From IMG/VR virus record IMGVR_UViG_3300017689_000001, positions 9,876-73,875 of that record: DNA of 64,000 nucleotides; one strand, given 5' to 3'. The translations under genes and the position numbers were made by a program. The DNA is from a virus. The notes beneath the pieces are model-generated. The model saw only the letters and a list, made by a program, of their open reading frames with translations, had not been told where the DNA came from and made no database searches. Shown here one piece after another: positions 44,435 through 53,115 of this stretch (within the stretch, counting starts at the first letter, position 1; the number at the start of each line of letters is the position of its first letter).

Positions 44435-45652
44435 ATGATCCCCAATCTCCTCGCCATTCGGGCCGCGCGTCAGCCGGCTGAGGTTCTGCTCGCGGGCATC
44501 AAGCCCGAGGACCGGAACCAGGGTACTTCCATGCGCGCCGGCGAGAACCTCGTCCGCCTCGCCAAGGAAGCGCATCTGTCGATCGATGACTACCTGCGTC
44601 TCGCGGTCGATCCGAACAAGGGCCAGTTCGCCGGCTCGAAGCTCGACGGCTTCGAGTGCGCGCTCGCCTACCTCGACCTGCCGACCCGCGAGGACTTCTC
44701 CTCGGGCGTCCTCCTGCAGGCCGCTGCCGAGACGTTCAACACGTTCCCCGGCTCGCGCGCCCTGTTCCCGCCCGTGATCGACAACATCCTGCAGTGGAAG
44801 TACCGCCAGGACCAGATCGAGAACGTCGCGGCGATCGTCGGCCAGTCGCGCACGGTCAACGGCAACGAGGTCATCACCAACGTGGTCGATGACAAGGCCG
44901 AGGATTATCAGCACACCGGCGTCATCGCCGAGGGCGCCGAGATCCCGGTTCGCTCGCTCCGCATGGCCGAGAAGAACGTCAAGTTCTACAAGTTCGGCGG
45001 TGGCATCGAGTTCACCTACGAGTTCGAGCGTCGCGCCAGCCTCGACATCATCACGCCGTACGCCGCGCGCATGCAGCGTGAGGTCGAGATCGGCCAGACG
45101 GCGATCGCCACGGCGCTGCTGCTCAACGGCGACGGCACCGCGGCGCACGGCGCGGCCCCGGTGGTCAACGCCACCGACCTCGCCGCCGGCTTCCCCGAGG
45201 ATGGCCGCCCGGTCCCCAAGACCGGTCGCCTCAACTGGGAGGTGATCCTCAAGTGGCTCGTGACGCAGGCCCAGAAGGGCACGCCGATCGACACGGTGGT
45301 CGGCAACTGGGATATGTACCTCGAGTGGATCCGCATGTTCGCGGTGCCTTCGATCCCGGCGGGCAAGACCCAGATCGAGATCCTCGCCGACGCCGGCGTG
45401 CAGGTGGCCCGCGAGAACCCGCGGCTCCCGCTGAACATGAACTTCGCTCTCAGCTCGACGGCCCCCGCCGGCAAGCTGATCGGGTTCATCAAGGCCGAGA
45501 CGATCGAGGAGCTGATCGAGAACGGCTCCGACATCGAGGAGTCGACCCGCGCGATCACCAACCAGCGCGTGAAGTACGTCAAGACCACGAACCGCGGCTA
45601 CCGCATGGTCTTCGGCGACACCCGCTCGGTCCTGAACCTCAACCAGGCGTAA
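44435..45652 (+). CDS. Major capsid protein (HK97 fold)
   Basis: 405 aa; IAEGAEIP..KFYKFGGGIEFTYE; strong codon bias; followed by a terminator. Confidence 0.88.
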   Translation: MIPNLLAIRAARQPAEVLLAGIKPEDRNQGTSMRAGENLVRLAKEAHLSIDDYLRLAVDPNKGQFAGSKLDGFECALAYLDLPTREDFSSGVLLQAAAETFNTFPGSRALFPPVIDNILQWKYRQDQIENVAAIVGQSRTVNGNEVITNVVDDKAEDYQHTGVIAEGAEIPVRSLRMAEKNVKFYKFGGGIEFTYEFERRASLDIITPYAARMQREVEIGQTAIATALLLNGDGTAAHGAAPVVNATDLAAGFPEDGRPVPKTGRLNWEVILKWLVTQAQKGTPIDTVVGNWDMYLEWIRMFAVPSIPAGKTQIEILADAGVQVARENPRLPLNMNFALSSTAPAGKLIGFIKAETIEELIENGSDIEESTRAITNQRVKYVKTTNRGYRMVFGDTRSVLNLNQA

Positions 45653-45679
45653 GCCCGGCTGCGGTTACCCGCGAAGATG

Positions 45680-45706
45680 AGGGCGGCCCTTCGGGGTCGC
45701 CCTTTT
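45680..45706 (+). terminator. Rho-independent terminator after the capsid gene
   Basis: GGGCGGCCC-TTCG-GGGTCGCCC-TTTT. Confidence 0.85.
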
Positions 45707-45780
45707 CGTTTCCACCGTGTGCAACCGCTTCCATTGCCGTCCATTAGCGCTTACTACCCCGCCACCACAGGAGAACTACC

Positions 45781-46074
45781 ATGGCCAAGGCCCCGACTGC
45801 CGCCCGTCCCGTCGCCCCCGGCGTCGATCCGATCGATCCCGTCAAGCAGCCCGACGTCGCCACGACCAACGACGCGCCCGCCGTGCGCGAGCCGGTCGTG
45901 AGCACGGAAGACCTGCCCGACGGCGAGAAGGTCTCCGTCCGCACCAAGGAAGGCACCGAGCTGCTGATGGACCCGTATTCGGCCGTCCATTACGACCGCG
46001 AGGCACGCGAGGTCTCCGTCACCCAGTTCGTCCGCGACGAGCTGGACGAGGGCGGCCGGCTCGAGAAGGCCTAA
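45781..46074 (+). CDS. Small hypothetical virion-module protein
   Basis: AGGAG RBS; 97 aa. Confidence 0.65.
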   Translation: MAKAPTAARPVAPGVDPIDPVKQPDVATTNDAPAVREPVVSTEDLPDGEKVSVRTKEGTELLMDPYSAVHYDREAREVSVTQFVRDELDEGGRLEKA

Positions 46075-46077
46075 GCC

Positions 46078-46785
46078 GTGATCATCCGCAACGGTCTCGC
46101 GATCACCATCCCCGTCCTGTTCTCCTCGGGCCTGCCCGACGGAGACCTGACGTGGCGCCTCATGGGCACCAACGGGGCGCAGGTGGCCGCGGGCACCGTT
46201 GTGCTTGAGGATGGCGACGTGTCGGGGCTGATCCCGATCGACGCCACCTCGAACCTGCTGCCGTCGGGCGTCCTGTTCGGCAGCCGCGACCTCGAGTGGA
46301 CCTACACCAGCGAGGGTCGCATCATCAACGGCGAGGAGCGCTACTCGATCGAGGCGCGCTGCCCGTTCGGCGCGTCGACCTCGGGCGTCCGCGCCAAGCT
46401 CGGCGTCGAGGTGACCGACCTGCCCGATAACGACATCTCGCTGATCCGCGCCTACGTCGGCTTCCGCGACACCGCGACCGCGGTGCTGCTGGAGGCGGTG
46501 AGCGGTGACGCCAAGGAGCTGGCCGTCCGCGACGCGATCGAGGCGCAGGCCGCGCTCGCGCTGATCCCGACGATGGCCGTGCGCATCGCCGTGTCCGAGG
46601 ACAGCGGCACCAACGCCTACAAGCGGCAGGCCATCAACTGGAGCGAGGTCGCCGACTACCTCTCGGGGCTGGTCAACGACGCGCTGGTGATGGTCAACCC
46701 GGTGTTCGACGCGACGCCGACCGGGGCGCTGTTCATCCTCGCCACCCCGGCCACCGACCCGATCACCAACGTCGCCTACGGCTAA
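46078..46785 (+). CDS. Probable head-tail adaptor
   Basis: Position; VRAKLGV..LPD and EDSG..AYKR pattern. Confidence 0.55.
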   Translation: MIIRNGLAITIPVLFSSGLPDGDLTWRLMGTNGAQVAAGTVVLEDGDVSGLIPIDATSNLLPSGVLFGSRDLEWTYTSEGRIINGEERYSIEARCPFGASTSGVRAKLGVEVTDLPDNDISLIRAYVGFRDTATAVLLEAVSGDAKELAVRDAIEAQAALALIPTMAVRIAVSEDSGTNAYKRQAINWSEVADYLSGLVNDALVMVNPVFDATPTGALFILATPATDPITNVAYG

Positions 46786-47225
46786 GTCCCGGTGCGCAGC
46801 AGCTCGACGCCGATCGTCCGGTAGTTGCGCTGCTCCGACTGGGCCATCGGCATTACCTTGAACGCCGACACCAGCAGCTCGCTGACCTGCTCGCCCTTGT
46901 CCATTTCGAGCAGCGCGATCTTCTGGCCCTCGCCGAACCGATCGTGCAGCATGCCGAGCAGCTCGATCTCGTTGAGCAGGTTGGTGTCCTGATAGCTCGA
47001 CACCGCCATCGCGAAGCGGATCATCCAACGGCCCTCGTTCTCGTCGAACGAGAAGCCGTCGGTGCCGATCAGGGTGATCTGCTTGAGATCCTTCTCGGGC
47101 GTGCGCTCTTCCCAGTTGTGGTAGTCGATCGGTTCGGGGTAGAGCACGTCGGCGTTGATCTCCTCGATCGCATCGCTGATCGCGCGGATGATCGACTTAT
47201 AGACTGCAGGGATCGGTGAATTCAT
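46782..47225 (-). CDS. Probable tail terminator/completion protein (antisense orientation)
   Basis: MNSPIPAVYKSIIRAI...; GGAG RBS; about 147 aa alpha/beta; function by inference. Confidence 0.55.
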   Translation of the reverse strand: MNSPIPAVYKSIIRAISDAIEEINADVLYPEPIDYHNWEERTPEKDLKQITLIGTDGFSFDENEGRWMIRFAMAVSSYQDTNLLNEIELLGMLHDRFGEGQKIALLEMDKGEQVSELLVSAFKVMPMAQSEQRNYRTIGVELLRTGT

Positions 47226-48117
47226 GGCGCAAGCTCCAAAACGGCCGGTTATCCTCCGCTTCGTCTTCGGCAAGGGCCTTGTCAAGCGACGCAAGGAGTC
47301 CGACAACACCGCCCGCGCGGTGGTCGAGGCGCTGACGCTCGCCTACGCCGAAGGGACGTGGGAGAGCACCAAGGAGCGGCTGCGAGAGTCGATCGCCAGC
47401 GACGTCCGCGCCGAGCTGGTGTTCGCCGCCGGCGAGTTTCGCCGCAACGTCATCGGCGCGCCGGGCAACCAGCGCGGGCTGGTCGGGCGGCTGGCGACCA
47501 AGGCGCGCGGCGATGGCGCGCCGACGCAGAACCTTGGCAGCCTGCCTCGCTGGGCGCCGCGCACCGCCAACTATCTCGCCGACAAGAAGATCTTGGCAGG
47601 CCACCAGCGCTGGTTCGACAACACCGGCTGGGAGCCGCAGGGCGGCACGCTCGCCGACTTCTTCAAGCCGCGCACCGCCGATACCGAGGGCGGTGGCACC
47701 GTCAACATCGGTTCGGGTGGCATCTTCGAGGAGATGTTCGGGGGCATCAGCGTCCGCATCATCCGCAACAACGTCGGCACCGCGGCGACCGCGCCGACGC
47801 TCAAGGTCGGCGGCGGCGGCGTCCACACGCAGACCCAGCTCGGCCGCGTCGAGGTGCGCGCGCTCGGCAAGCTGACCAACGCCATGCTCGGCAGCAGCGA
47901 CCGGCCGAACACCGCGCTGCTCGACCGCGTCGCCGAGTCGTCGGCGCAAGGCTCGATCGTGGCGCTCCACCTGCGCGGCGGGCGCGGGCGCTACCGCCCG
48001 GCGCTGGAGCCGTACCTCAAGTTCTTCCTCGAGCGCGCGCTGCCCTTCGCGGTGCAGCAGCGCATCCGCAAGGGCACCGCGTCGGGTCGCCTGTTCAGAA
48101 TGTCAGCGCCGCGTTGA
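47224..48117 (+). CDS. Probable neck/tail completion protein
   Basis: 297 aa, basic; YRPALEP C-terminus; function from position. Confidence 0.5.
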   Translation: MAQAPKRPVILRFVFGKGLVKRRKESDNTARAVVEALTLAYAEGTWESTKERLRESIASDVRAELVFAAGEFRRNVIGAPGNQRGLVGRLATKARGDGAPTQNLGSLPRWAPRTANYLADKKILAGHQRWFDNTGWEPQGGTLADFFKPRTADTEGGGTVNIGSGGIFEEMFGGISVRIIRNNVGTAATAPTLKVGGGGVHTQTQLGRVEVRALGKLTNAMLGSSDRPNTALLDRVAESSAQGSIVALHLRGGRGRYRPALEPYLKFFLERALPFAVQQRIRKGTASGRLFRMSAPR

Positions 48118-48789
48118 TCGCGGCGATGGCTGCCTCGGCGGTGCTGTGCCCGGCGGCGAGATCCTTCACGCCGTCCTGACCGGCGCGCGGCGGCGCGCTG
48201 GTCTCCTTCGAGCCACCCAGCGCCGCGGACACCACGGTGACCAGCGTGTTGTGCTGGCAGATCACCATGGCGTTCGCCTCGCCCAGCTTGAGCTGGATCT
48301 TCTGGCTCAATTCCCGGCGCGCGTAGCGCCAGTAGATGTCGGCGTAGAGGTCGCCCTCTACGCAGCCGAAGGCCCAGCAGACGGCGTCGTCGAAGCTGAG
48401 TTCTCGGAACCATCCGAGGAGGGCGTCGGCGGGGCCTGATTGTACCGGACCCCCAGCGCCGCCAGGCTTGCGATCCGCTTCACGAAAAAATAGAGGGCGT
48501 GCTCGCCGACCCACGTGAGGATGCGCTCGACGTCGTCGCTCGACAGGTCGGTCTCGTCCAGCGAGATCAGCTGATCGGGATCGGTCAGCATCTTGTTGGA
48601 CTTGGTCAGCACGCGGCGGATGAGATAGTCCTGCGTGAAGACGTCCTCGCGCAGCAGGATCAGCGCGGTCTGCGCGTCCGGCAGCAGCCGGCGAAGATCC
48701 ATCTCGAGGCCGTACGTCATCTTGATGACGTCGCCGTTGACCTCGATCGTGAGGGGCGGGCGCTCGGGGAGGTTGTCGAGATCAGTCAC
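48095..48789 (-). CDS. Frameshifted tail assembly chaperone (G-T-like, -1 PRF)
   Basis: The -1 frame is open from the slip site to the stop at 48095 (FFREADRK...LSFDDAVCWAF...AINAALTF). Confidence 0.65.
48358..48789 (-). CDS. Tail assembly chaperone (G-like)
   Basis: 143 aa; contains slippery T TTT TTC at 48490-48484. Confidence 0.7.
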   Translation of the reverse strand: MTDLDNLPERPPLTIEVNGDVIKMTYGLEMDLRRLLPDAQTALILLREDVFTQDYLIRRVLTKSNKMLTDPDQLISLDETDLSSDDVERILTWVGEHALYFFVKRIASLAALGVRYNQAPPTPSSDGSENSASTTPSAGPSAA

Positions 48790-48994
48790 TGACGACTTCC
48801 TTCACGATGAGACGGGTCAGTGCCGCGTCGAGGCTGACGTGCTTGTTGAGGCCGAGTCGAAGAAGTTGATTGACCTTCACGTTGATGAAGATCCCTTCCG
48901 CGATGGCAAGATCTCCGATTTCCTCATAGAGGGACTCGGGGATCCGCACCGTGAAGCTCTTGTGCGGTTCTTTGGGGGCGGGCGCCTTAGCCAT
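48782..48994 (-). CDS. Arc-like ribbon-helix-helix protein
   Basis: KSFTVRIPESLYEEIGDLAIAEGIFINVKVNQLL. Confidence 0.8.
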   Translation of the reverse strand: MAKAPAPKEPHKSFTVRIPESLYEEIGDLAIAEGIFINVKVNQLLRLGLNKHVSLDAALTRLIVKEVVSD

Positions 48995-49088
48995 AACTCT
49001 CCGGTGGTGATCTGCGGTTGCGAGATTTCCTATTGAGCGAAACGCGAAACAAGGCAAGAGGCAATGCGAGTTTCAGAGGAGCGCCGTT

Positions 49089-49937
49089 ATGGCCGAGGTC
49101 CAGAAGTCCGCATTTGCCCTGTCCGAGGCCACGATCATGATCGGTCGGGCGTTCGTCGACGATGTCTTTTCCCTGACGCCCGAGAAGCACTCGGTCGGCA
49201 TGGTCAGCGAGGTCAACGTCGGCGTCGACAGCTCGCTGACCGAGCTGATGAACGGCGTGGCGCAGGTGTCCGTCGACGCGCGGCGCACCGGCGTGTCGAC
49301 CAGCATTACCGGCAACGTCTACGAGATGACCGCGCAGAACCTGATGCGGGCGCACGGCCTGTCGGGCACGGCGACGCCGGTGAAGCGCGGCAAGCTGACC
49401 GCCCCGCTCGCCGCCGGTGCGACGTCGATCTCGATCGCCTCGGATCCGATCCCCGGCGAGTCGACCTCGGCGATCACCGCGACGACCGACATCCCGGCCG
49501 GCGCCACGATCCTGATCCAGCGCGGCGACGGCGAGCAGGACTACGTGTTCCCGACCGTCACCTCGGCGGCCGCGACCGGCACCGGTCCCTACGTCGCCGC
49601 GGTCGACGCCGCGCACGGCGTGCCCACCGGCATGAGCTTCCCCGCCGGCGCGCGCGTCTGGGTGATCTCGCCGGTCTCGGTCGGCGACATCGACGCGGAC
49701 GACCTGTTCTGCGTCAAGATCGCCGGCAAGCTGTCGAACTTCGACCGCCCGATGGTCTACATCGCGCCCAAGGTCCGCATGGTGAAGGGCTTCGGCATCG
49801 CCTACACCGAGACCGCCTACGGCTCGATGGCCTGGGAGATGAAGCCCTTCCTGCTCTCCCGCGGCGAGGCGCAGTCGGGCAACCGGCTCGACGAGATCGG
49901 CACGCGACGCACGGGTCGCCTCTTCCTCGGCGGTTAA
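49089..49937 (+). CDS. Major tail tube protein
   Basis: 282 aa; SVGMVSEVNV, ITGNVYEMTAQNL, MVYIAPKV; followed by a terminator. Confidence 0.8.
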   Translation: MAEVQKSAFALSEATIMIGRAFVDDVFSLTPEKHSVGMVSEVNVGVDSSLTELMNGVAQVSVDARRTGVSTSITGNVYEMTAQNLMRAHGLSGTATPVKRGKLTAPLAAGATSISIASDPIPGESTSAITATTDIPAGATILIQRGDGEQDYVFPTVTSAAATGTGPYVAAVDAAHGVPTGMSFPAGARVWVISPVSVGDIDADDLFCVKIAGKLSNFDRPMVYIAPKVRMVKGFGIAYTETAYGSMAWEMKPFLLSRGEAQSGNRLDEIGTRRTGRLFLGG

Positions 49938-49962
49938 GCCCCGCCGCCTTGACACGGACGTT

Positions 49963-49994
49963 GAAGGTCGCCCAATGGGCGGCCTTCTTCGTTT
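49963..49994 (+). terminator. Rho-independent terminator after the tail tube gene
   Basis: GAAGGTCGCCC-AAT-GGGCGGCCTTC-TTCGTTT. Confidence 0.75.
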
Positions 49995-50003
49995 GGAGCA
50001 CCC

Positions 50004-50498
50004 GTGTCCACGATCCCTCTCGAACATATCAAAGACTCGCACCAGCTGATCGCTGACGGCCGCGTCGAGCTGTTCGAGCTGACGCCGTCGGGCGGCACCG
50101 GCGTGATCCGCTTCAAGAACGACAACGACATCACGTGGCGCGGCAACACCTACACCGGCCTGCCCTGCAGCCTCAGCGGCGAGCGGCGGTCGGCGGACGG
50201 CGGCAACTCGATGCCCAAGCTCCAGCTGGGCCAGCCCAACATCGACCTGTCCCAGTTCAAGGGTCTCGTCTACGACGGCTACCTCGACAATGCTGTGGTC
50301 GTGCGCATCACGATCCTGCTCGACAACCTGCTGAACAACCGCCTGATCCGCGAGATCAGCACCTACCGCGTCAAGCGCGTCGAGTCGTATAGCCGTTCGC
50401 AGATCAGCCTCCAGCTGGCGACCCTGTCGGACAGCCTCGGCTTCTCCATGCCGTACCGGACGTTCGTGCCGCCGGCGTATCCCTCGGTGCAGATGTGA
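50004..50498 (+). CDS. Minor tail protein L-like
   Basis: VELFELTP..WRGNTYTGLP..PKLQL..MPYR. Confidence 0.75.
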   Translation: MSTIPLEHIKDSHQLIADGRVELFELTPSGGTGVIRFKNDNDITWRGNTYTGLPCSLSGERRSADGGNSMPKLQLGQPNIDLSQFKGLVYDGYLDNAVVVRITILLDNLLNNRLIREISTYRVKRVESYSRSQISLQLATLSDSLGFSMPYRTFVPPAYPSVQM

Positions 50499-50956
50499 CC
50501 CTCCAGTACGAACACCTGATCGGCGCCGGCTTCGACTGGGGCCACAAGGACTGCCTCTCGCTGTTCCGCGACTTCTACAAGCTCAACTTCAACATCGAGA
50601 TCACCAACTACGCGCGCCCGTCCGACTGGTCCTCCGACAAGCTCGACCTGATGCGGCTCTGCTACGAGCGCGAGGGCTTCAACATGATCACCGAGTGGAA
50701 GCTCGGCGACCTGCGCCCTGGCGACCTGCTGTGCATGTCGATCGGCGAGCGCAACGCCAACCACTTCGCTGTCTACCTCGGCGAGGACGAGCTGATCCAC
50801 CACCTCTACGGCCGCATGTCATCGAAGGAGACCTTCCGAGGTTTCTACCGAAACTCCGTGCTTTACATCTTGCGCCATCCTGATGTACCGGACCTGCGAC
50901 CGGTCTACCCCGATGTCGATATCAGGACGCTGCTCGATGCTCGAAACGCTCTATAA
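50495..50956 (+). CDS. NlpC/P60 tail assembly protein (K-like half)
   Basis: FDWGHKDCLSL, PGDLL, NHFAVYLG and LIHH. Confidence 0.88.
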   Translation: MTLQYEHLIGAGFDWGHKDCLSLFRDFYKLNFNIEITNYARPSDWSSDKLDLMRLCYEREGFNMITEWKLGDLRPGDLLCMSIGERNANHFAVYLGEDELIHHLYGRMSSKETFRGFYRNSVLYILRHPDVPDLRPVYPDVDIRTLLDARNAL

Positions 50957-51269
50957 TCCCGAGGACACCGACGAGCGGTGCGGGATCGTGCTCAAGTCGG
51001 GCGAGGTGATCGAGGTCGAGAACATCGCCGACGACAAGACCGACACCTATGTCATGGACCCCACCGCGATCGCGCCGCTGCTCGCCGCCGACGAGGTGGC
51101 CGGCACGTGGCACACGCACCCCGGCGGTTCCCCGAACCTGAGTGGTGAGGACTATTTGGGCTTCCTCGACTACCCCGACTTGGCGCATACGATCATCGGC
51201 CTTCGCGACGGCGTCGTCGTCGCCCAGCGCTACACCATCGTCAACGGGCTGGTAGTCGCATGCGATTGA
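50937..51269 (+). CDS. JAB/MPN tail assembly protein (K-like half)
   Basis: ERCGIV, TWHTHPGGSPNLSGED. Confidence 0.88.
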   Translation: MLETLYNPEDTDERCGIVLKSGEVIEVENIADDKTDTYVMDPTAIAPLLAADEVAGTWHTHPGGSPNLSGEDYLGFLDYPDLAHTIIGLRDGVVVAQRYTIVNGLVVACD

Positions 51270-51799
51270 TTTTTCATGGCCGCCTTCGCCAGCTGTTCGG
51301 GGCCGAAGTCGTGATGCAGGCGGCGTCGGTAGCCGAAGCGATCGAGGGCTACTCGCGACAGGTCGACTGGCCCGGCGACATGCCCATCCAGCTCGTGGGC
51401 TTCAATACGCCCGAGAAGCTCCGCGACTACGCCGAAGAAGTCCACGTCATGCCGGCGATGCGCGGCGGCGGCGGCAAATTTGGCTCGATCATCCTCGGCG
51501 CCGCGCTGGTCGTGGCCGGCATCATCCTGCTGCCGTCGCCGTTCGGCGTGCCGCTGATCGTCAGCGGCGGCCTCATGATCGTGCAGGGCGTCATCGGCCT
51601 GTTCATGAAGGCGCCCAAGATGAAGGGGGTCGACGACCCCGAAGCCTCGAAGTACCTGCCCATCAATCGCAACACGACCGCGATCGGCACGCCGATCACG
51701 ATGGCGTGGGGCCGCATCGACCTCGCCGGCCACTGGCTGAGCCTGCAGTCGGACAGCACCAACCTCTCGTTCGGGACTTTCCCGGCGTCGCCCAGCTAA
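51260..51799 (+). CDS. Tail assembly protein I-like (ubiquitin-like fold)
   Basis: MRLIFHGRL..SVAEAI, VHVMPAMRGGGG, hydrophobic segment, GTPITMAWG. Confidence 0.85.
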   Translation: MRLIFHGRLRQLFGAEVVMQAASVAEAIEGYSRQVDWPGDMPIQLVGFNTPEKLRDYAEEVHVMPAMRGGGGKFGSIILGAALVVAGIILLPSPFGVPLIVSGGLMIVQGVIGLFMKAPKMKGVDDPEASKYLPINRNTTAIGTPITMAWGRIDLAGHWLSLQSDSTNLSFGTFPASPS

Positions 51800-51808
51800 G
51801 GACCGAAT

Positions 51809-53062
51809 ATGTCGTACACCGTCACCGAGGAACTGAAGCAGTGGGCTACGCCCGTCCAAGCCACCTACATCGACGCCATTATCGCCGCCGGGGGCAACAT
51901 CCACAAAGCGGCGAAGCATCTGGGTCGACATCACAACAGCCTCCGAGCAGCGATGGCTCTTGTCCGGGCGAACGCCGCCGTCCACGGATACTCCCCGGAA
52001 CACGGTCTTAACTCACAAGTCCCGCATCCGTTCATCGCCAAGGGGCACTCGACCCTCCAGCGGGTCGGCGCCGACGGATCGCGCGAGACGGTGCTCCAAT
52101 GGACCAAGACCCGCCTCGACGATCAGGCGTGGGCCGACCAGATCAAGGCCGGCGTCGCCGCCTTCCTCGAAGACGCCGCGCCGCTCCCCGCCGCGCCCGC
52201 GCCGCTGATCGAGGAGAACAGCAACGACATCATCCCGTGGATCCAGATCGGCGACGCCCACCTCGGCATGCTGGCGCACGAGGCCGAGACCGGCGCCAAC
52301 TTCGACCTCAAGATCGCCGAAGCCGAGCTGATGACCGCGATCCACATGCTGATCGACGACCTGCCGGTGGTCGAGCGGCTGGTCATCAACGACCTCGGCG
52401 ACTTCACCCACTACGAGAACATGCGCGGCGAGACCGACGCCAGCGGCCACAAGCTCGACTACGACGGCCGCTTCCCCAAGATGATCGAGGTCTACTCGCG
52501 CATGATGCGCGGGATCGTCGACAAGGCGCTGTCGAAGGCCGCGATCGTCGACGTGATCGTCAATCAGGGCAATCACAGCCGCACGAACGACCTGTGGATG
52601 GCCGAGCTGCTGCGCGTCGCGTACGACGCCACCGGCCGCGTCAACGTGCTGAACAACCGCTCGCCCTTCATCGGCTACCGGATGGGCAACACATTCGTGA
52701 TGACCCATCACTCCGACACCTGCAAACCGGCGCGGCTGGCCAGCGTCATGGCCACCGACTTCGCGCGCGACTGGGGCGAGTGCGACTATCGCTACATCGA
52801 CATCGGCCACATTCACCACGGCATGGTCCTCAAGGAGCACCCCGGCGTGGTGATCGAGAGCTTCAACCAGCTCGCCGCCAAGGACAAGTGGGCCACCGAC
52901 GGTGGCTACCGTTCGCGCCAGTCGATCTCGGTGATCTACCGCAGCCGCACCTACGGCGAGATCGGCCGCCGCCTGCTTCCGCTGCGGCAGGTGCAGGACC
53001 GGATCCGCTTGGCGACGCCGTCCCACTACGTCGCCCCCGAGCGCCGCGCCTTCACGGTCTAG
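51809..53062 (+). CDS. HTH plus calcineurin-like metallophosphoesterase
   Basis: GNIHKAAKHLG (HTH); IGDAHLG, LGDFTH, QGNHS, THHSD and IGHIHH. Confidence 0.8.
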   Translation: MSYTVTEELKQWATPVQATYIDAIIAAGGNIHKAAKHLGRHHNSLRAAMALVRANAAVHGYSPEHGLNSQVPHPFIAKGHSTLQRVGADGSRETVLQWTKTRLDDQAWADQIKAGVAAFLEDAAPLPAAPAPLIEENSNDIIPWIQIGDAHLGMLAHEAETGANFDLKIAEAELMTAIHMLIDDLPVVERLVINDLGDFTHYENMRGETDASGHKLDYDGRFPKMIEVYSRMMRGIVDKALSKAAIVDVIVNQGNHSRTNDLWMAELLRVAYDATGRVNVLNNRSPFIGYRMGNTFVMTHHSDTCKPARLASVMATDFARDWGECDYRYIDIGHIHHGMVLKEHPGVVIESFNQLAAKDKWATDGGYRSRQSISVIYRSRTYGEIGRRLLPLRQVQDRIRLATPSHYVAPERRAFTV

Positions 53063-53115
53063 CGGTTGCCCTCTTAGGTCTTGCGTGACGCCATCGGCCG
53101 CGACAGAAGCGGCCG

